From Gemmatimonadota bacterium (GTDB lineage: Bacteria; Gemmatimonadota; Gemmatimonadetes; Gemmatimonadales; Gemmatimonadaceae), in the NCBI GenBank assembly GCA_031127085.1, contig JARIEY010000001.1, positions 30,175-94,174 on the forward strand: a stretch of 64,000 nucleotides of DNA, given 5' to 3'. The notes beneath the pieces were generated by a model that was not told the DNA's origin, did no database searches, and saw only the letters and a list, made by a program, of their open reading frames with translations. Made by a program: the position numbers and the translations under genes. Below are positions 37,348 to 47,029 of this stretch, one piece after another (position 1 is the stretch's first letter; the number at the start of each line of letters is the position of its first letter).

Positions 37348-38757
37348 ATGAGCGTCGTGGTGCTGGTGGCCGACGGCGCCCGGCCGGATACGCTGCGCGC
37401 GGCCCTCGATTCAGGGGACCTTCCCGCCTTGGCGCGGCTGCGCGCCGAGGGCGAGCTGCACACGGTGAGTTCGGTCTTTCCGTCTGTCACCGGACCGGCG
37501 TACACGCCGTTCCTGATGGGCCTCTTTCCGGGGACGGCGGGCATACCCGGCATCCGTTGGTGGGACCGCGCGCGCACGGCCACGCACTGGCCCGACCACG
37601 CCCGCAGCTACGTGGGCATTCAAGCCCGGCACGCCGATGCCGACCTCACGGCCGCGCACCGCACGCTCTTTGAATGCGCCCCCCGCGCGCTGGCATCACT
37701 CACGCCGTTCGGCCGCGGCCTCACCCCAGCCAGTCGCCTTGGCTTCAACTGGGGCTTCGGCGCGCGTGCCGCGTGGGCGCATTTCCGAGGCGACGTACCC
37801 GGGTGGCTGTCCATCGACCGGGCGATGGGAGTGCGCGCCGCCGAGCGGATCCGCCGCGACCGTCCCGATGTGGCGTTTCTCGTGCACCCCGGCATCGACA
37901 AGACCTCCCACGCGGTGGGGCACGCGGCGCCTGCGGTGCGCGATGCCATGCGCATTGTGGACGACACGGCGGCGATGATCCGCGCCGACGCTGAGCGCGA
38001 CGGACGGTGGGAGTCGATGCACCTGTGGATCGTGAGTGACCACGGCCATTCGCCGATCACCGCCCACGACGATCTCGCGACGCTGCTCGCGTCGTGGGGA
38101 TTTGGGGTCTGCGCGCACCCGTGGACGATGGTCGGCGGTCCGGACTGCGCGGTGATGGTCAGCGGGAATGCGATGAGCCATGTGTATCTGGAACTGCACC
38201 AGCGGTCGCGACCCTATTGGCCGGAGCTGGCCGGGCGCTGGGAACGTGTCGTCGAGCGTTTGCTGGCGCGCGCCTCGGTGGATCTGCTGATGCTCCCCTA
38301 CGCACCCACCGTGTGCGAGGTGCGCGCCCGCGACGGCCGCGGACGCGCGATGGTGCGTCGTGACGGCTCACGGTTCTTATATGAGCCCATGGACTGCGGC
38401 GATCCGCTTGGGCTCGGCGGCGCGGTGGATGCGCCCACCCCCGACGCTGCCCATGACGCGTGCCGCGGCTCCGACTATCCGGATGCGCTCGTCCAGATCA
38501 TGCAGCTTGCTGCGTCACCGCGCTCCGGCGAGGTGCTGCTCAGTGCTGCGCGGGGGTGGGATTTCCGCGCGCGCTACGAGCCCATCCCCCACGTGTCGAG
38601 CCACGGCGCGCTGCACCGCGAGCATATGGACGTGCCTTTGCTGGTGAACCGCCCAACAGCGCTGGTGCCGCGGCGCACCGCCGATGTGATGCCGAGCGCG
38701 CTTCGTGCGCTGGGCCTCGCCGTCCCGGCAGGGCTCGACGGTACATCATTCGTGTAA
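37348..38757 (+). CDS. alkaline-phosphatase-superfamily protein (type I phosphodiesterase / nucleotide pyrophosphatase-like)
   Basis: Track ORF 35500..38757 is an antisense read-through, so I trimmed it to ATG 37348 (MSVVVLVADGARPD ... SVFPSVTGPAYTPF ... IVSDHGHS). Confidence 0.7.
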   Translation: MSVVVLVADGARPDTLRAALDSGDLPALARLRAEGELHTVSSVFPSVTGPAYTPFLMGLFPGTAGIPGIRWWDRARTATHWPDHARSYVGIQARHADADLTAAHRTLFECAPRALASLTPFGRGLTPASRLGFNWGFGARAAWAHFRGDVPGWLSIDRAMGVRAAERIRRDRPDVAFLVHPGIDKTSHAVGHAAPAVRDAMRIVDDTAAMIRADAERDGRWESMHLWIVSDHGHSPITAHDDLATLLASWGFGVCAHPWTMVGGPDCAVMVSGNAMSHVYLELHQRSRPYWPELAGRWERVVERLLARASVDLLMLPYAPTVCEVRARDGRGRAMVRRDGSRFLYEPMDCGDPLGLGGAVDAPTPDAAHDACRGSDYPDALVQIMQLAASPRSGEVLLSAARGWDFRARYEPIPHVSSHGALHREHMDVPLLVNRPTALVPRRTADVMPSALRALGLAVPAGLDGTSFV

Positions 38758-38796
38758 CGCGTTGGGCCCGTCGCGGGCCGCGCGGCGCCGGTACGG

Positions 38797-40086
38797 CTAC
38801 TGGGTGCCGATCTCGAGCAGTTCGTCGAGGTGCCGCGCGATGGCGATCTGCCGCGCGCGCATACGGCCCAACCGGCGCCGATGCAGGTGGCGTACGAAGA
38901 AGCGCTGCACGGCCAGCCAACTGAGGCGGCGGCGTTCGGCCACGATGGCTGCGCCGGCGGCGACGAGTGGCAGCAGGACGAACGTCGCCACGCCCCAGCG
39001 CCAGTTCAGCGCCCACGTGGCGGCCACCGAAAGGAGGACCGTCCAGATGATGCCCAGGAAGCCGACGCCGAGCACATGGTAGGTGGACACCGAGTCGGGG
39101 CCTTCGCTGTTGTACTTGGCCATCCAGCGCGCACCGCGGAGCGGCGGCCAGTAGACGAGCAGCGCCAGCGCGGCGAGCGGGATGGCCGCCAGCAGCGGAA
39201 AGCGCAGGACAATCCAGCGCAGCGCGGCGGCCGAGGTGACGTCTTCCTTGAGCGCCTGCGGCGACAGCCCCATGCGCTGGAGCATGCGTGCGTGCGCGCG
39301 CAGTTCGCGCGCAGTGTCCTGCCACTCCGCGTCGCCGCGTGAGCGGAAGCGCTGCAGCACACTGGCGGTGAGCGCAAGTCGCGAGACGGTGCTCTCGGAA
39401 TCGCGCGGCGAGCCGTGCTCGGCGGTCCATATCTGCTCGGCCACGTGCACCAGCGCCGCGTCTTCCCACGAGTCCAGGTTCAGGGTGACGCGACGCATCG
39501 CTTCGTCAATGCGCTTGGTCAACTCGCGCACGGCGAACTTTTCGTCGCTGCGCGCGGCCAGGTCGCTCCAGTCGAAGGCGTCGCCCACCACGACCCGCAC
39601 TTCGCTGCGCACGCTGTTGCGGTCGCGGAAGACGAGTCCCACCGGGACGATGGGGAAGGCCGCGCCGATGCGACGTGCCGCGCCCAGCGCGATGCGGGCC
39701 GCCCCCGTCTTGATGGGGGCCAGGCGCGATCCCGAATGACTGGTGCCTTCTGGGAAGATCCCGACGGCCGCCCCCTCGGCGAGCGCCTCGTGCACGGCGA
39801 CAAAGATGTCGCGGTTCTGCCCCAGCAGGCGCGGGTCATCCTGCGCGCGATAGACCGGGATGGAAGCCACTGCTTTGACGAGCCAGCCGATCTGCTTGTG
39901 CGTGAACAGCGTGGACTTGGCGAGGAAGCGGACTTCGCGCTGCGCGGCGACGGTGACGAAGGCCGGGTCGAGCAGGCTGTTGTTGTGGTTCGCCACCAGG
40001 AGCACCGGCCCGTCCGTCGGCACACGCGCTCCCCCCACCGTGAACCGGTAGTAGGCGCGCGTCGCGAGACGCGAGATGAAGGGCAT
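38797..40086 (-). CDS. lysophospholipid (1-acyl-sn-glycerol-3-phosphate) acyltransferase family protein with C-terminal membrane domain
   Basis: Track ORF trimmed to ATG 40086 (MPFISRLATRAYY). The track's N-terminal extension reads through the heptamer array. Motifs: LLVANHNNSLLD (HxxxxD) and FPEGTSH. Confidence 0.75.
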   Translation of the reverse strand: MPFISRLATRAYYRFTVGGARVPTDGPVLLVANHNNSLLDPAFVTVAAQREVRFLAKSTLFTHKQIGWLVKAVASIPVYRAQDDPRLLGQNRDIFVAVHEALAEGAAVGIFPEGTSHSGSRLAPIKTGAARIALGAARRIGAAFPIVPVGLVFRDRNSVRSEVRVVVGDAFDWSDLAARSDEKFAVRELTKRIDEAMRRVTLNLDSWEDAALVHVAEQIWTAEHGSPRDSESTVSRLALTASVLQRFRSRGDAEWQDTARELRAHARMLQRMGLSPQALKEDVTSAAALRWIVLRFPLLAAIPLAALALLVYWPPLRGARWMAKYNSEGPDSVSTYHVLGVGFLGIIWTVLLSVAATWALNWRWGVATFVLLPLVAAGAAIVAERRRLSWLAVQRFFVRHLHRRRLGRMRARQIAIARHLDELLEIGTQ

Positions 40087-40121
40087 GAGGCCGGGGAATC
40101 GCACGGTCAGGGGCGGGTGGA

Positions 40122-40173
40122 GATGGCGGATGGCAGATGGCAGATGGCAGATGGCAGATGGCGGACGATGGAC
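40122..40173. repeat. tandem heptamer array GATGGCR (left arm of an inverted pair)
   Basis: Units: gatggcg, gatggca x4, gatggcg (six uninterrupted units, 40122-40163), then gac and gatggac. Confidence 0.85.
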
Positions 40174-40206
40174 GTTAGGGGTCGCGTGCGGGGTGAGGAA
40201 GTCCCT

Positions 40207-40284
40207 CTGCCCTCCGCCATCTGCCCTCCGCCATCTGCCCTCCGCCATCCGCCATCCGCCATCCGTCCCCTGCCATCCACCGCC
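40207..40284. repeat. tandem array of the complementary unit (CTGCCCTCCGCCAT x3, CCGCCAT x2, degenerate units); right arm of the inverted pair
   Basis: I read this directly. The 14-mers are at 40207, 40221 and 40235, and the 7-mers at 40249 and 40256, followed by ccgtccc ctgccat ccaccgcc. Its reverse complement is again GATGGCR-type. Confidence 0.85.
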
Positions 40285-40307
40285 TCGCGCCCCCATCTTT
40301 CAGTTGT

Positions 40308-40550
40308 ATGCCGTCGCTCCTTCTCGCCCTCACCCTGCGCGCGCGGGTCAATCCAGCGGTCGCGGCGGACCTGTTGCGTGTGGCCTGGCGGTATCGGCGG
40401 CGGCGGTGGTGGGCGCGGGTGCCGTTTCTTCCGTGGCCTGACCGCACGTACCTGCGCTGGCGGCTGTACACCGCCTATGGCAGCGAGGACGCCGTTCCCC
40501 CTGTTGCCGACATCCTGCGCTACGCGCGCTGGACGCGGCATCACCCGTGA
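40308..40550 (+). CDS. hypothetical small Arg/Trp-rich protein
   Basis: 80 aa with GC-rich third positions. Its stop overlaps the queG GTG start (GTGA). I recognise no family. Confidence 0.45.
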   Translation: MPSLLLALTLRARVNPAVAADLLRVAWRYRRRRWWARVPFLPWPDRTYLRWRLYTAYGSEDAVPPVADILRYARWTRHHP

Positions 40551-41587
40551 GCGGCGCGCTCCCCACGGGTTTTTCGCACCGCCTCAAGACGCAGGCCTAC
40601 GCGGCCGGGTTCGACCTCGCGGGCATTGCTGCGCTGGGTGTGCCGGAGACGGCAGCGCGGTTCGATGACTGGCTGACGCAGGGGTACCACGGCGAAATGG
40701 CGTACCTCGCGCGCGGCGCCGAGTTGCGCCGCGACGCGCGGCGCCCGGTGGCGGGGATGATCAGCGCACTTGTCGTCGGGCTCAACTACGGCGGCACGCA
40801 GCCCAGTGGACCGGTGGCGCGTTACGCACGCTTTGCCGACTACCACCGAGTGATGTGGGACAAGCTCGACGCGCTGCTCGCGTGGGTGCGTACGGAGCTC
40901 GGCGACGTGCGCGGCCGGTCATTCGTCGACAGCGGCCCCGTGCTGGAGCGCGACCTCGCGCAGCGCGCGGGGCTTGGCTGGTTCGGCAAGAACACGTTGC
41001 TCATCAACCCGCGCGTCGGGTCGTTCTTTTTTCTGGGCGCGCTCTTTCTCGACGTCGCGCTCGAACCCGACGACGCCTTCGCGACCGACCACTGTGGCAC
41101 GTGCACGCGCTGTCTGGATGCCTGCCCCACGCAGGCGTTCGTGGCGCCGCGCGTCCTCGACGCCCGCCGGTGCATCTCGTATTTGACTATCGAGTTAAAA
41201 GGGGACCATACGCCGGAGCAGGCGGCGATGGTGGGCGAGCATCTGTTTGGGTGTGATGTGTGTCAGGAGGTGTGCCCGTGGAACGCGAAGTTCTCGCGGG
41301 CGGCGACGGAACCGGCGTTTTCTCCTTTGGCGCGGCTTGCAACGTCCGACGCCCGGGAGCTGGCGCGCGCCTTCCTGGCCATGACCCCGGCCGAGTTCAC
41401 GGCGGAACTCAAGCACACTCCCCTGTCGCGCGCCAAGCTGTCCGGGCTCCAGCGCAACGCCGGCGCTGTGCTAGGAAAGGCGGACCCTGCCGCCGATGTG
41501 ACAGCGCCTTCCGAGGACTTGTCCGACTCCGACGCCTCTGAGCGCTCGGCTACTGATGTCCAGACCCTAGCTGGAGACCCACAATGA
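40547..41587 (+). CDS. queG: epoxyqueuosine reductase
   Basis: 346 aa. Motifs: YHGEMAYL, GLGWFGKNTLLI, and the two 4Fe-4S motifs CGTCTRCLDACP and CDVCQEVCPWN. Confidence 0.85.
   Translation: MSGALPTGFSHRLKTQAYAAGFDLAGIAALGVPETAARFDDWLTQGYHGEMAYLARGAELRRDARRPVAGMISALVVGLNYGGTQPSGPVARYARFADYHRVMWDKLDALLAWVRTELGDVRGRSFVDSGPVLERDLAQRAGLGWFGKNTLLINPRVGSFFFLGALFLDVALEPDDAFATDHCGTCTRCLDACPTQAFVAPRVLDARRCISYLTIELKGDHTPEQAAMVGEHLFGCDVCQEVCPWNAKFSRAATEPAFSPLARLATSDARELARAFLAMTPAEFTAELKHTPLSRAKLSGLQRNAGAVLGKADPAADVTAPSEDLSDSDASERSATDVQTLAGDPQ
41264..41319 (+). repeat. 56-nt direct repeat, copy 1 (inside queG)
   Basis: caggaggtgtgcccgtggaacgcgaagttctcgcggg cg gcgacggaaccggcgtt. It matches 46652-46707 at 54 of 56 positions. 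Confidence 0.9.
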
Positions 41588-42042
41588 ACATGCGACTGCC
41601 GATCCTCGGACTCGTGCTTTCTCTCGCCGGCGCGAACGGCGTCGTTGCCCAGACTTCCGCAGTGGGACACGAACTCACGCAGCTTTCGAAAGACAAATGG
41701 CAGTGGATGGCGGACAAGGACGTGGGCAAACTCGAACCGCTGTTCCATGACAGATCGAAGTTTGTGCACATGGGAGGTACCTGGGGGAAGGCCGAGGAAC
41801 TCGACATCATCAAGTCCGGCCGAATCTGGTACAAGCAGACCGATGTCCACGCGGCAGTCTCGGAAGTGTTCGAGAATACTGCCATTGTATGGAGTCGCAT
41901 CACGCTTCATGCGATGCTCGGGAGCAACGAGGTGGTGACGGAGTTCACGGTCACCGAGGTCTTCCAGAGGCAGGGTACGGCCTGGAAGATCCTGGATCTG
42001 ACCTTCAGCAGTGTTCGGGACAACCACCGGATTCGGGAGTAG
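41584..42042 (+). CDS. NTF2-like (DUF4440/SnoaL-type) secreted protein
   Basis: 152 aa. The ATG overlaps the queG stop (ATGA). The signal peptide is MNMRLPILGLVLSLAGANGVVAQ. The gene is visibly AT-richer than its surroundings. Confidence 0.6.
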   Translation: MNMRLPILGLVLSLAGANGVVAQTSAVGHELTQLSKDKWQWMADKDVGKLEPLFHDRSKFVHMGGTWGKAEELDIIKSGRIWYKQTDVHAAVSEVFENTAIVWSRITLHAMLGSNEVVTEFTVTEVFQRQGTAWKILDLTFSSVRDNHRIRE

Positions 42043-42060
42043 GCCGCGCCGGGAAATCCG

Positions 42061-42552
42061 CTACTCGTCCCTCGTCATCTCCACCAACGTGCGCCGGAAC
42101 CCCGCGCGCACGCACAGGCGCTGCGCCGCCACGTTTCCCTCGGCCGTCGAGAGCACCAACTGCCGGGCGCCGCGATCGCGGAGCGCCGCGATGGTCTCCT
42201 CGAACAGCAGGCTGCCGACGCCAGCGCGTCGGTGCGCCGGATCGACGACGATGTCGTGCAGCACGCCCGCCGGGCCGCGGAGCGTCATGTAGTCTATCCC
42301 TTCGACGGCCGCATAGGCGTAGCCTACGACCCTGCCCTCGCGCTCCGCGACCATTACGAGGATATCCGGCTCCGCAAGCTGGCTAAGGAGGAAGTTCCCG
42401 TACCCGTCCTCGGTGTGCGGCGTCACCGGGATGAACCGCTTCGGATCAAGATCGTGGTGCGTTTGCACCAGCAACGCGCCAAGGCGGCCGAGCGCCTCGA
42501 CGTCGTCTGGCGTGGCACGGCGCAGCGTCGCCGCTGGATGTTCGGCACTCAC
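42061..42552 (-). CDS. GNAT-family N-acetyltransferase
   Basis: Trimmed to the GTG at 42550-42552, which forms a GTGA overlap with the upstream stop. HRRAGVGSLLFEE is the acetyl-CoA-binding Q/RxxGxG/A motif. Confidence 0.75.
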   Translation of the reverse strand: MSAEHPAATLRRATPDDVEALGRLGALLVQTHHDLDPKRFIPVTPHTEDGYGNFLLSQLAEPDILVMVAEREGRVVGYAYAAVEGIDYMTLRGPAGVLHDIVVDPAHRRAGVGSLLFEETIAALRDRGARQLVLSTAEGNVAAQRLCVRAGFRRTLVEMTRDE

Positions 42553-43250
42553 GGAATCCTCGGTGCTACGCGGTACCGCAGCCAAACCACGCCGCCCTCG
42601 CGTCGCTCCACCGCCTCAAGGTCGAGATGACACGGTGTCGCCGCGCCATCGAGGTCGAAGAGCGTCGGCATGCCAACGCGCCCATCCGCAACGGGCGCCA
42701 CCAGCACGCTGAGTTCGTCAATGAGCCCGGCGCGCAAAAAGCCGCCGTTGATGCCGCCACCGCCTTCGAGCATCACGGTGCGCACTCCAAAGCGCACGCC
42801 GATCTTCTCAAGCGTCAGCGCCAGGTCGACGTCGCGCGCGCCAGCCAGCAGGTACGAGACCCCGCGCGCCCGAAGGAACGCGAGGTATTCGTCGGAGACC
42901 CGCTCCGTCAGGATCGCGACGACGTGATCGCCGTCGATCTCCTTCGATTTCCACGCGAGGCGACCGCGCGGGTCGATGGCGAAGGCGTACGTCGCGTGAT
43001 CGCCCGGCGCCGCGAAGTCCTCGCGCGGCGCGCCGTTGTACTCCCGGGCGACGTCGTCCTCGGCGCGCGTGGCGCCCGCCATTGACTCCATCGTGATGCG
43101 GCCGCACATCCACGCGTCGGCCTTGTAGCTCGCATGCACCTGCTCGTATTGCGCGCGCACCGACGCGGCCGAGGAAGCCGGCCATCCGTTCACGACGATG
43201 CGCCCGTCGACCGACGTGGCCATGTGGCAGATCACTCGGGGGCGTGTCAT
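42549..43250 (-). CDS. dihydrofolate-reductase-like (RibD C-terminal domain) family protein
   Basis: 233 aa. Motifs: MATSVDGRI and MLEGGGGINGGFLRAGLIDELSVLVAPV. Confidence 0.7.
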   Translation of the reverse strand: MTRPRVICHMATSVDGRIVVNGWPASSAASVRAQYEQVHASYKADAWMCGRITMESMAGATRAEDDVAREYNGAPREDFAAPGDHATYAFAIDPRGRLAWKSKEIDGDHVVAILTERVSDEYLAFLRARGVSYLLAGARDVDLALTLEKIGVRFGVRTVMLEGGGGINGGFLRAGLIDELSVLVAPVADGRVGMPTLFDLDGAATPCHLDLEAVERREGGVVWLRYRVAPRIP

Positions 43251-43447
43251 CGCTCGATCATCTTCTGCGCTCTCTCAGAGTAACGGTGTCCGTGCGCGGG
43301 AATCTGGGAGGCCGCCTCGTTGAGCGCGAGAAGGTCGTCGGGCCACAGGTCGCCATCGACCGCGCCGAAACCGAAGCTCAGCCCCATGCAACCGAGGCCG
43401 AGCGCCGACACCTCACGCCCGCCGTTTCCCAGCACGCGCTGCTTCAC
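43247..43447 (-). pseudogene. internally deleted aldo/keto reductase remnant (66 codons)
   Basis: From the GTG at 43445-43447 it reads VKQRVLGNGGREVSALGLGCMGLSFGFG, which is an AKR N-terminus. This is fused directly to DDLLALNEAASQIPAHGHRYSERAQKMIER, an AKR C-terminal tail (compare [20 protein letters not shown] in the neighbouring AKR). Its stop overlaps the next ATG (ATGA). Confidence 0.6.
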
Positions 43448-43472
43448 AATCCGTCTCCGTCGGACGGAACTC

Positions 43473-44618
<1,146 letters not shown>

Positions 44619-44672
44619 GACAACTCCTGGCGGGTGGAACGGTGAAGGGGCGCGCGTGAGGTTACTGGTGTT

Positions 44673-45563
44673 TCATGCTTCCGGAATGGGAACGCCGTAG
44701 GGACCGTCGAGCGTAATGCTGTCGGGCTCCGGACCGCCGCGCACGCCCGTTTCGAGTGCATCGATCGCGCTCAACTGCGCCGGCGTGAGCGCGAAGTCGA
44801 AGACGTTGAAGTTCGCGCTGATGCGACCTGGCTTGACCGACTTCGGAATAGCCGAGCGTCCTTGCTGCAGATGCCAGCGCAGCATCACCTGCGCGGTCGT
44901 CTTGCCGTATTTGCGAGCGATCGCGAGCAGGGTAGGATCGTCGAACGCGCTCTTCGCGCTCGGGCGGTACGTCGTGATGCCGCCGATCGGCGACCACGCC
45001 TGTGTCGCGATCCCGTGCGTCGCGTGCATGCGCTGCAGCGTGAGTTGCTGGAAGTAGGGATGCACCTGAATCTGGTTGACCGACGGCACAACCTTCGCGA
45101 CCGCCAGGAGTCGTTCGAGGTGGACGGGCATGAAGTTGCTCACCCCGATCGCACGCACGCGGCCGTCGGCGAGCAGCCTTTCGAGCGCGCGATACGCATC
45201 GCGCGTGCGGTCGGATGCCGTCGGAAGCGGCTGGTGGAGGAGCAGCAGGTCCAGTTGGTCGACACCGAGCTTGGCGACACTCTTGTCGAACGCGTGCAGC
45301 GTGGCGTCGTAGCCGAAGTCGCTGATCCAGACTTTCGTTTCGATGAACAGTTCTTCGCGGGCAATGCCGGAGCGACGAATGCCCTCGCCGACCTCGCGCT
45401 CGTTGAAATACACGGCGGCGGTGTCGATCAGCCGATAGCCGGCGGCAATCGCGCTTTCGACGGCGCCGACGGTCTCGGACGGCGGACTCTGGAAGACGCC
45501 GAAGCCGAGGGCCGGCAGCTGGACGCCATTGTTCAGCGCGATGGTCGGGCGCGTCGCAGTCAT
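44673..45563 (-). CDS. aldo/keto reductase (2,5-diketo-D-gluconate reductase-like)
   Basis: Trimmed to ATG 45563 (MTATRPTIALNNGVQLPALGFGVFQ). Motifs: IDTAAVY and LLLHQP. Confidence 0.8.
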   Translation of the reverse strand: MTATRPTIALNNGVQLPALGFGVFQSPPSETVGAVESAIAAGYRLIDTAAVYFNEREVGEGIRRSGIAREELFIETKVWISDFGYDATLHAFDKSVAKLGVDQLDLLLLHQPLPTASDRTRDAYRALERLLADGRVRAIGVSNFMPVHLERLLAVAKVVPSVNQIQVHPYFQQLTLQRMHATHGIATQAWSPIGGITTYRPSAKSAFDDPTLLAIARKYGKTTAQVMLRWHLQQGRSAIPKSVKPGRISANFNVFDFALTPAQLSAIDALETGVRGGPEPDSITLDGPYGVPIPEA

Positions 45564-45659
45564 CGGTGCTCCGTCGCTTGAGGTACGCTGTGAATCTGCC
45601 CGTGACCGCTCGGTTGATCTACTTGCCATCACTTACAGCGTTGGTCACTATTCCTTCCA

Positions 45660-46595
45660 ATGGCAGACGAACTCGATGGCATGGCGACCTTCGTTGCCAT
45701 CGCCGAAGCGAAGGGATTCCGCGCCGCCGGCGAGCGGCTCGGCGTGAGTCACTCGGCGGTGAGCCAGACGCTGCGCCGGCTGGAGACGCGGCTCGGTGTC
45801 GCGCTCGTGCGGCGCACCACGCGCAGTGTGCACCTCACCGAGGCTGGCGTGCGACTGTATGCCTCGGTGCGCCCCGCGATGGACGAGGTGCGGGCCGCCG
45901 TCGCGGTCGTCGGTGAACTCGGCGACCAGCCGCGCGGGACGCTGCGCGTTCACACGTCGACTCCGGCCCTGGCGATGGTAGGCGAATCACTGATCGCCGA
46001 GTTCCTCGCCGAGCACCCGCACGTGCAACTCGACCTTGTGGTCAGCGATGTGCCGGTGGATATCGTGGCCGGCGGCTACGACGCTGGCATTCAGCTTGGC
46101 GAGGTGATCGACAAAGACATGATTGCGGTGCGCATGACCGGCGACCTGCAACTCGCTGTGGTCGGCGCCCCGTCGTACTTCGCGCGCCATCCGAAGCCGA
46201 AGCATCCACGCGACCTCATGGATCACACCTGCCTCAACTGGCACCCGACGGCCGAGGCGCCGCCGTATCGCTGGGAGTTCACGGAGAATGGGCGAGAGTT
46301 CAGCGTCTCCGTGAAGGCGCGCGTGCTCTCCACCGACTCGAGCCTCAACCGACGCCTTGCCATCGCAGGACTGGGGCTCACGTTGTCGTTCGACGGCCAT
46401 GTGCGCGAGGCCGTCGAACGAGGAGAGCTGGTTCGCGTGCTCGAGAAATACTGCGAACCGTTCCCAGGCTACTACTTGTATTACCCGCAGCGGCGCCACG
46501 CGTCTCGTGCGCTGCAGGCGCTCACGGCGCACCTGCGGCGGTGGCAGCAATCGGGTCGGCAACGGAAGCGGGGCCGCTCGCAGGCAGTCAGCTGA
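45660..46595 (+). CDS. LysR-family transcriptional regulator
   Basis: 311 aa with the N-terminal HTH FVAIAEAKGFRAAGERLGVSHSAVSQTLRRLE. It is divergent from the AKR operon. Confidence 0.85.
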   Translation: MADELDGMATFVAIAEAKGFRAAGERLGVSHSAVSQTLRRLETRLGVALVRRTTRSVHLTEAGVRLYASVRPAMDEVRAAVAVVGELGDQPRGTLRVHTSTPALAMVGESLIAEFLAEHPHVQLDLVVSDVPVDIVAGGYDAGIQLGEVIDKDMIAVRMTGDLQLAVVGAPSYFARHPKPKHPRDLMDHTCLNWHPTAEAPPYRWEFTENGREFSVSVKARVLSTDSSLNRRLAIAGLGLTLSFDGHVREAVERGELVRVLEKYCEPFPGYYLYYPQRRHASRALQALTAHLRRWQQSGRQRKRGRSQAVS

Positions 46596-46651
46596 TCGTC
46601 CTGCTTCCGGTAGAGAGCGGAATCGCAAAATGGTTCGACCGGCACACCTCC

Positions 46652-46707
46652 CAGGAGGTGTGCCCGTGGAACGCGAAGTTCTCGCGGGACGCGACGGAAC
46701 CGGCGTT
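46652..46707 (+). repeat. 56-nt direct repeat, copy 2
   Basis: It matches 41264-41319 at 54 of 56 positions. Similarity stops abruptly at the 5' edge (ggcacacctc versus gtgatgtgtgt). Confidence 0.9.
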
Positions 46708-46867
46708 CGCGCCGCGCGCTGAGCTGGTGGCACCCGATCTCGCCGCGTTCGCGGCGATGGATGACGGCGAGTTCAAGCGGCGGTTCGCCGATACACCGCT
46801 GGCGCGGGCCAAGCGCGTCGGGCTCGCGCGCAACGCCGCGGCCGCTCCAGAAAACCGTCCGTCCTGA
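46652..46867 (+). pseudogene. displaced queG 3' end (C-terminal 71 codons only)
   Basis: It encodes QEVCPWNAKFSRDATEPAFAPRAELVAPDLAAFAAMDDGEFKRRFADTPLARAKRVGLARNAAAAPENRPS. This parallels the C-terminus of the intact queG (QEVCPWNAKFSRAATEPAFSPLARL ... LAMTPAEFTAELKHTPLSRAKLSGLQRNAGAVLG). There is no QueG-like sequence upstream of it. Confidence 0.8.
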
Positions 46868-47029
46868 CGACCCTCAGGACGAAGGATGCCGCGGACTCTC
46901 CTTCCGCCCTCTCAATTGCGGACAAAGCGCCCCTCTCGTTCATTGCGGGAGGCGGACACTTTGCACACTATAGCAGTGTACCTGCCCCCCACCCGTTTCA
47001 CCATTCTCTCCTCGTCACCCCGAAGGCCT

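Noticed and set aside
37348-38757. Alkaline-phosphatase-superfamily protein as a PglZ-like partner of the methyltransferase
   Set aside because: It is separated from the RM islet by an unrelated, oppositely oriented three-gene operon. It has host-like high GC. It is only about 470 aa with a simple phosphodiesterase-type core, so I treat it as housekeeping.
35500-38757. 1085-aa ORF in the supplied track, and similar giants: 10630..12342 (-), 19367..20713 (+), 21946..23397 (+), 46912..48891 (-), 53821..56019 (-), 43320..44645 (+)
   Set aside because: These are antisense or read-through frames typical of 70% GC DNA. They are Arg/Ala/Gly/His-rich, contain no recognisable motifs, and overlap motif-rich genes on the other strand. 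Only the 3' part from 37348 is a real gene.
40122-40284. CRISPR array
   Set aside because: The units are 7-14 nt with no unique spacers, and there are no cas genes. I saw nothing CRISPR-like elsewhere in the window.
40087-40296. N-terminal extensions translated through the heptamer arrays (GGWRMAEGRWRRADGGG; also MMGWRIAGGGW at 20790-20839)
   Set aside because: The same peptide-like strings arise from the same nucleotide repeat at two unrelated genes. A normal start with a sensible N-terminus exists downstream in each case.
41161-41215. Third AT-rich rare-codon patch in queG (tat ttg act atc gag tta aaa), considered as another copy of the intragenic palindrome
   Set aside because: It does not contain the TTAGTARC/GTTACYAA half-sites or any comparable dyad. 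It may simply be local codon noise, although it does contain a TTA codon.
46868-47029. Promoter assignment around TTGCAC...TATAGC (46955-46980) upstream of the lipoprotein gene
   Set aside because: The spacings between candidate -35 and -10 hexamers do not fit a standard sigma-70 geometry. Promoter consensus for this lineage is unknown to me.
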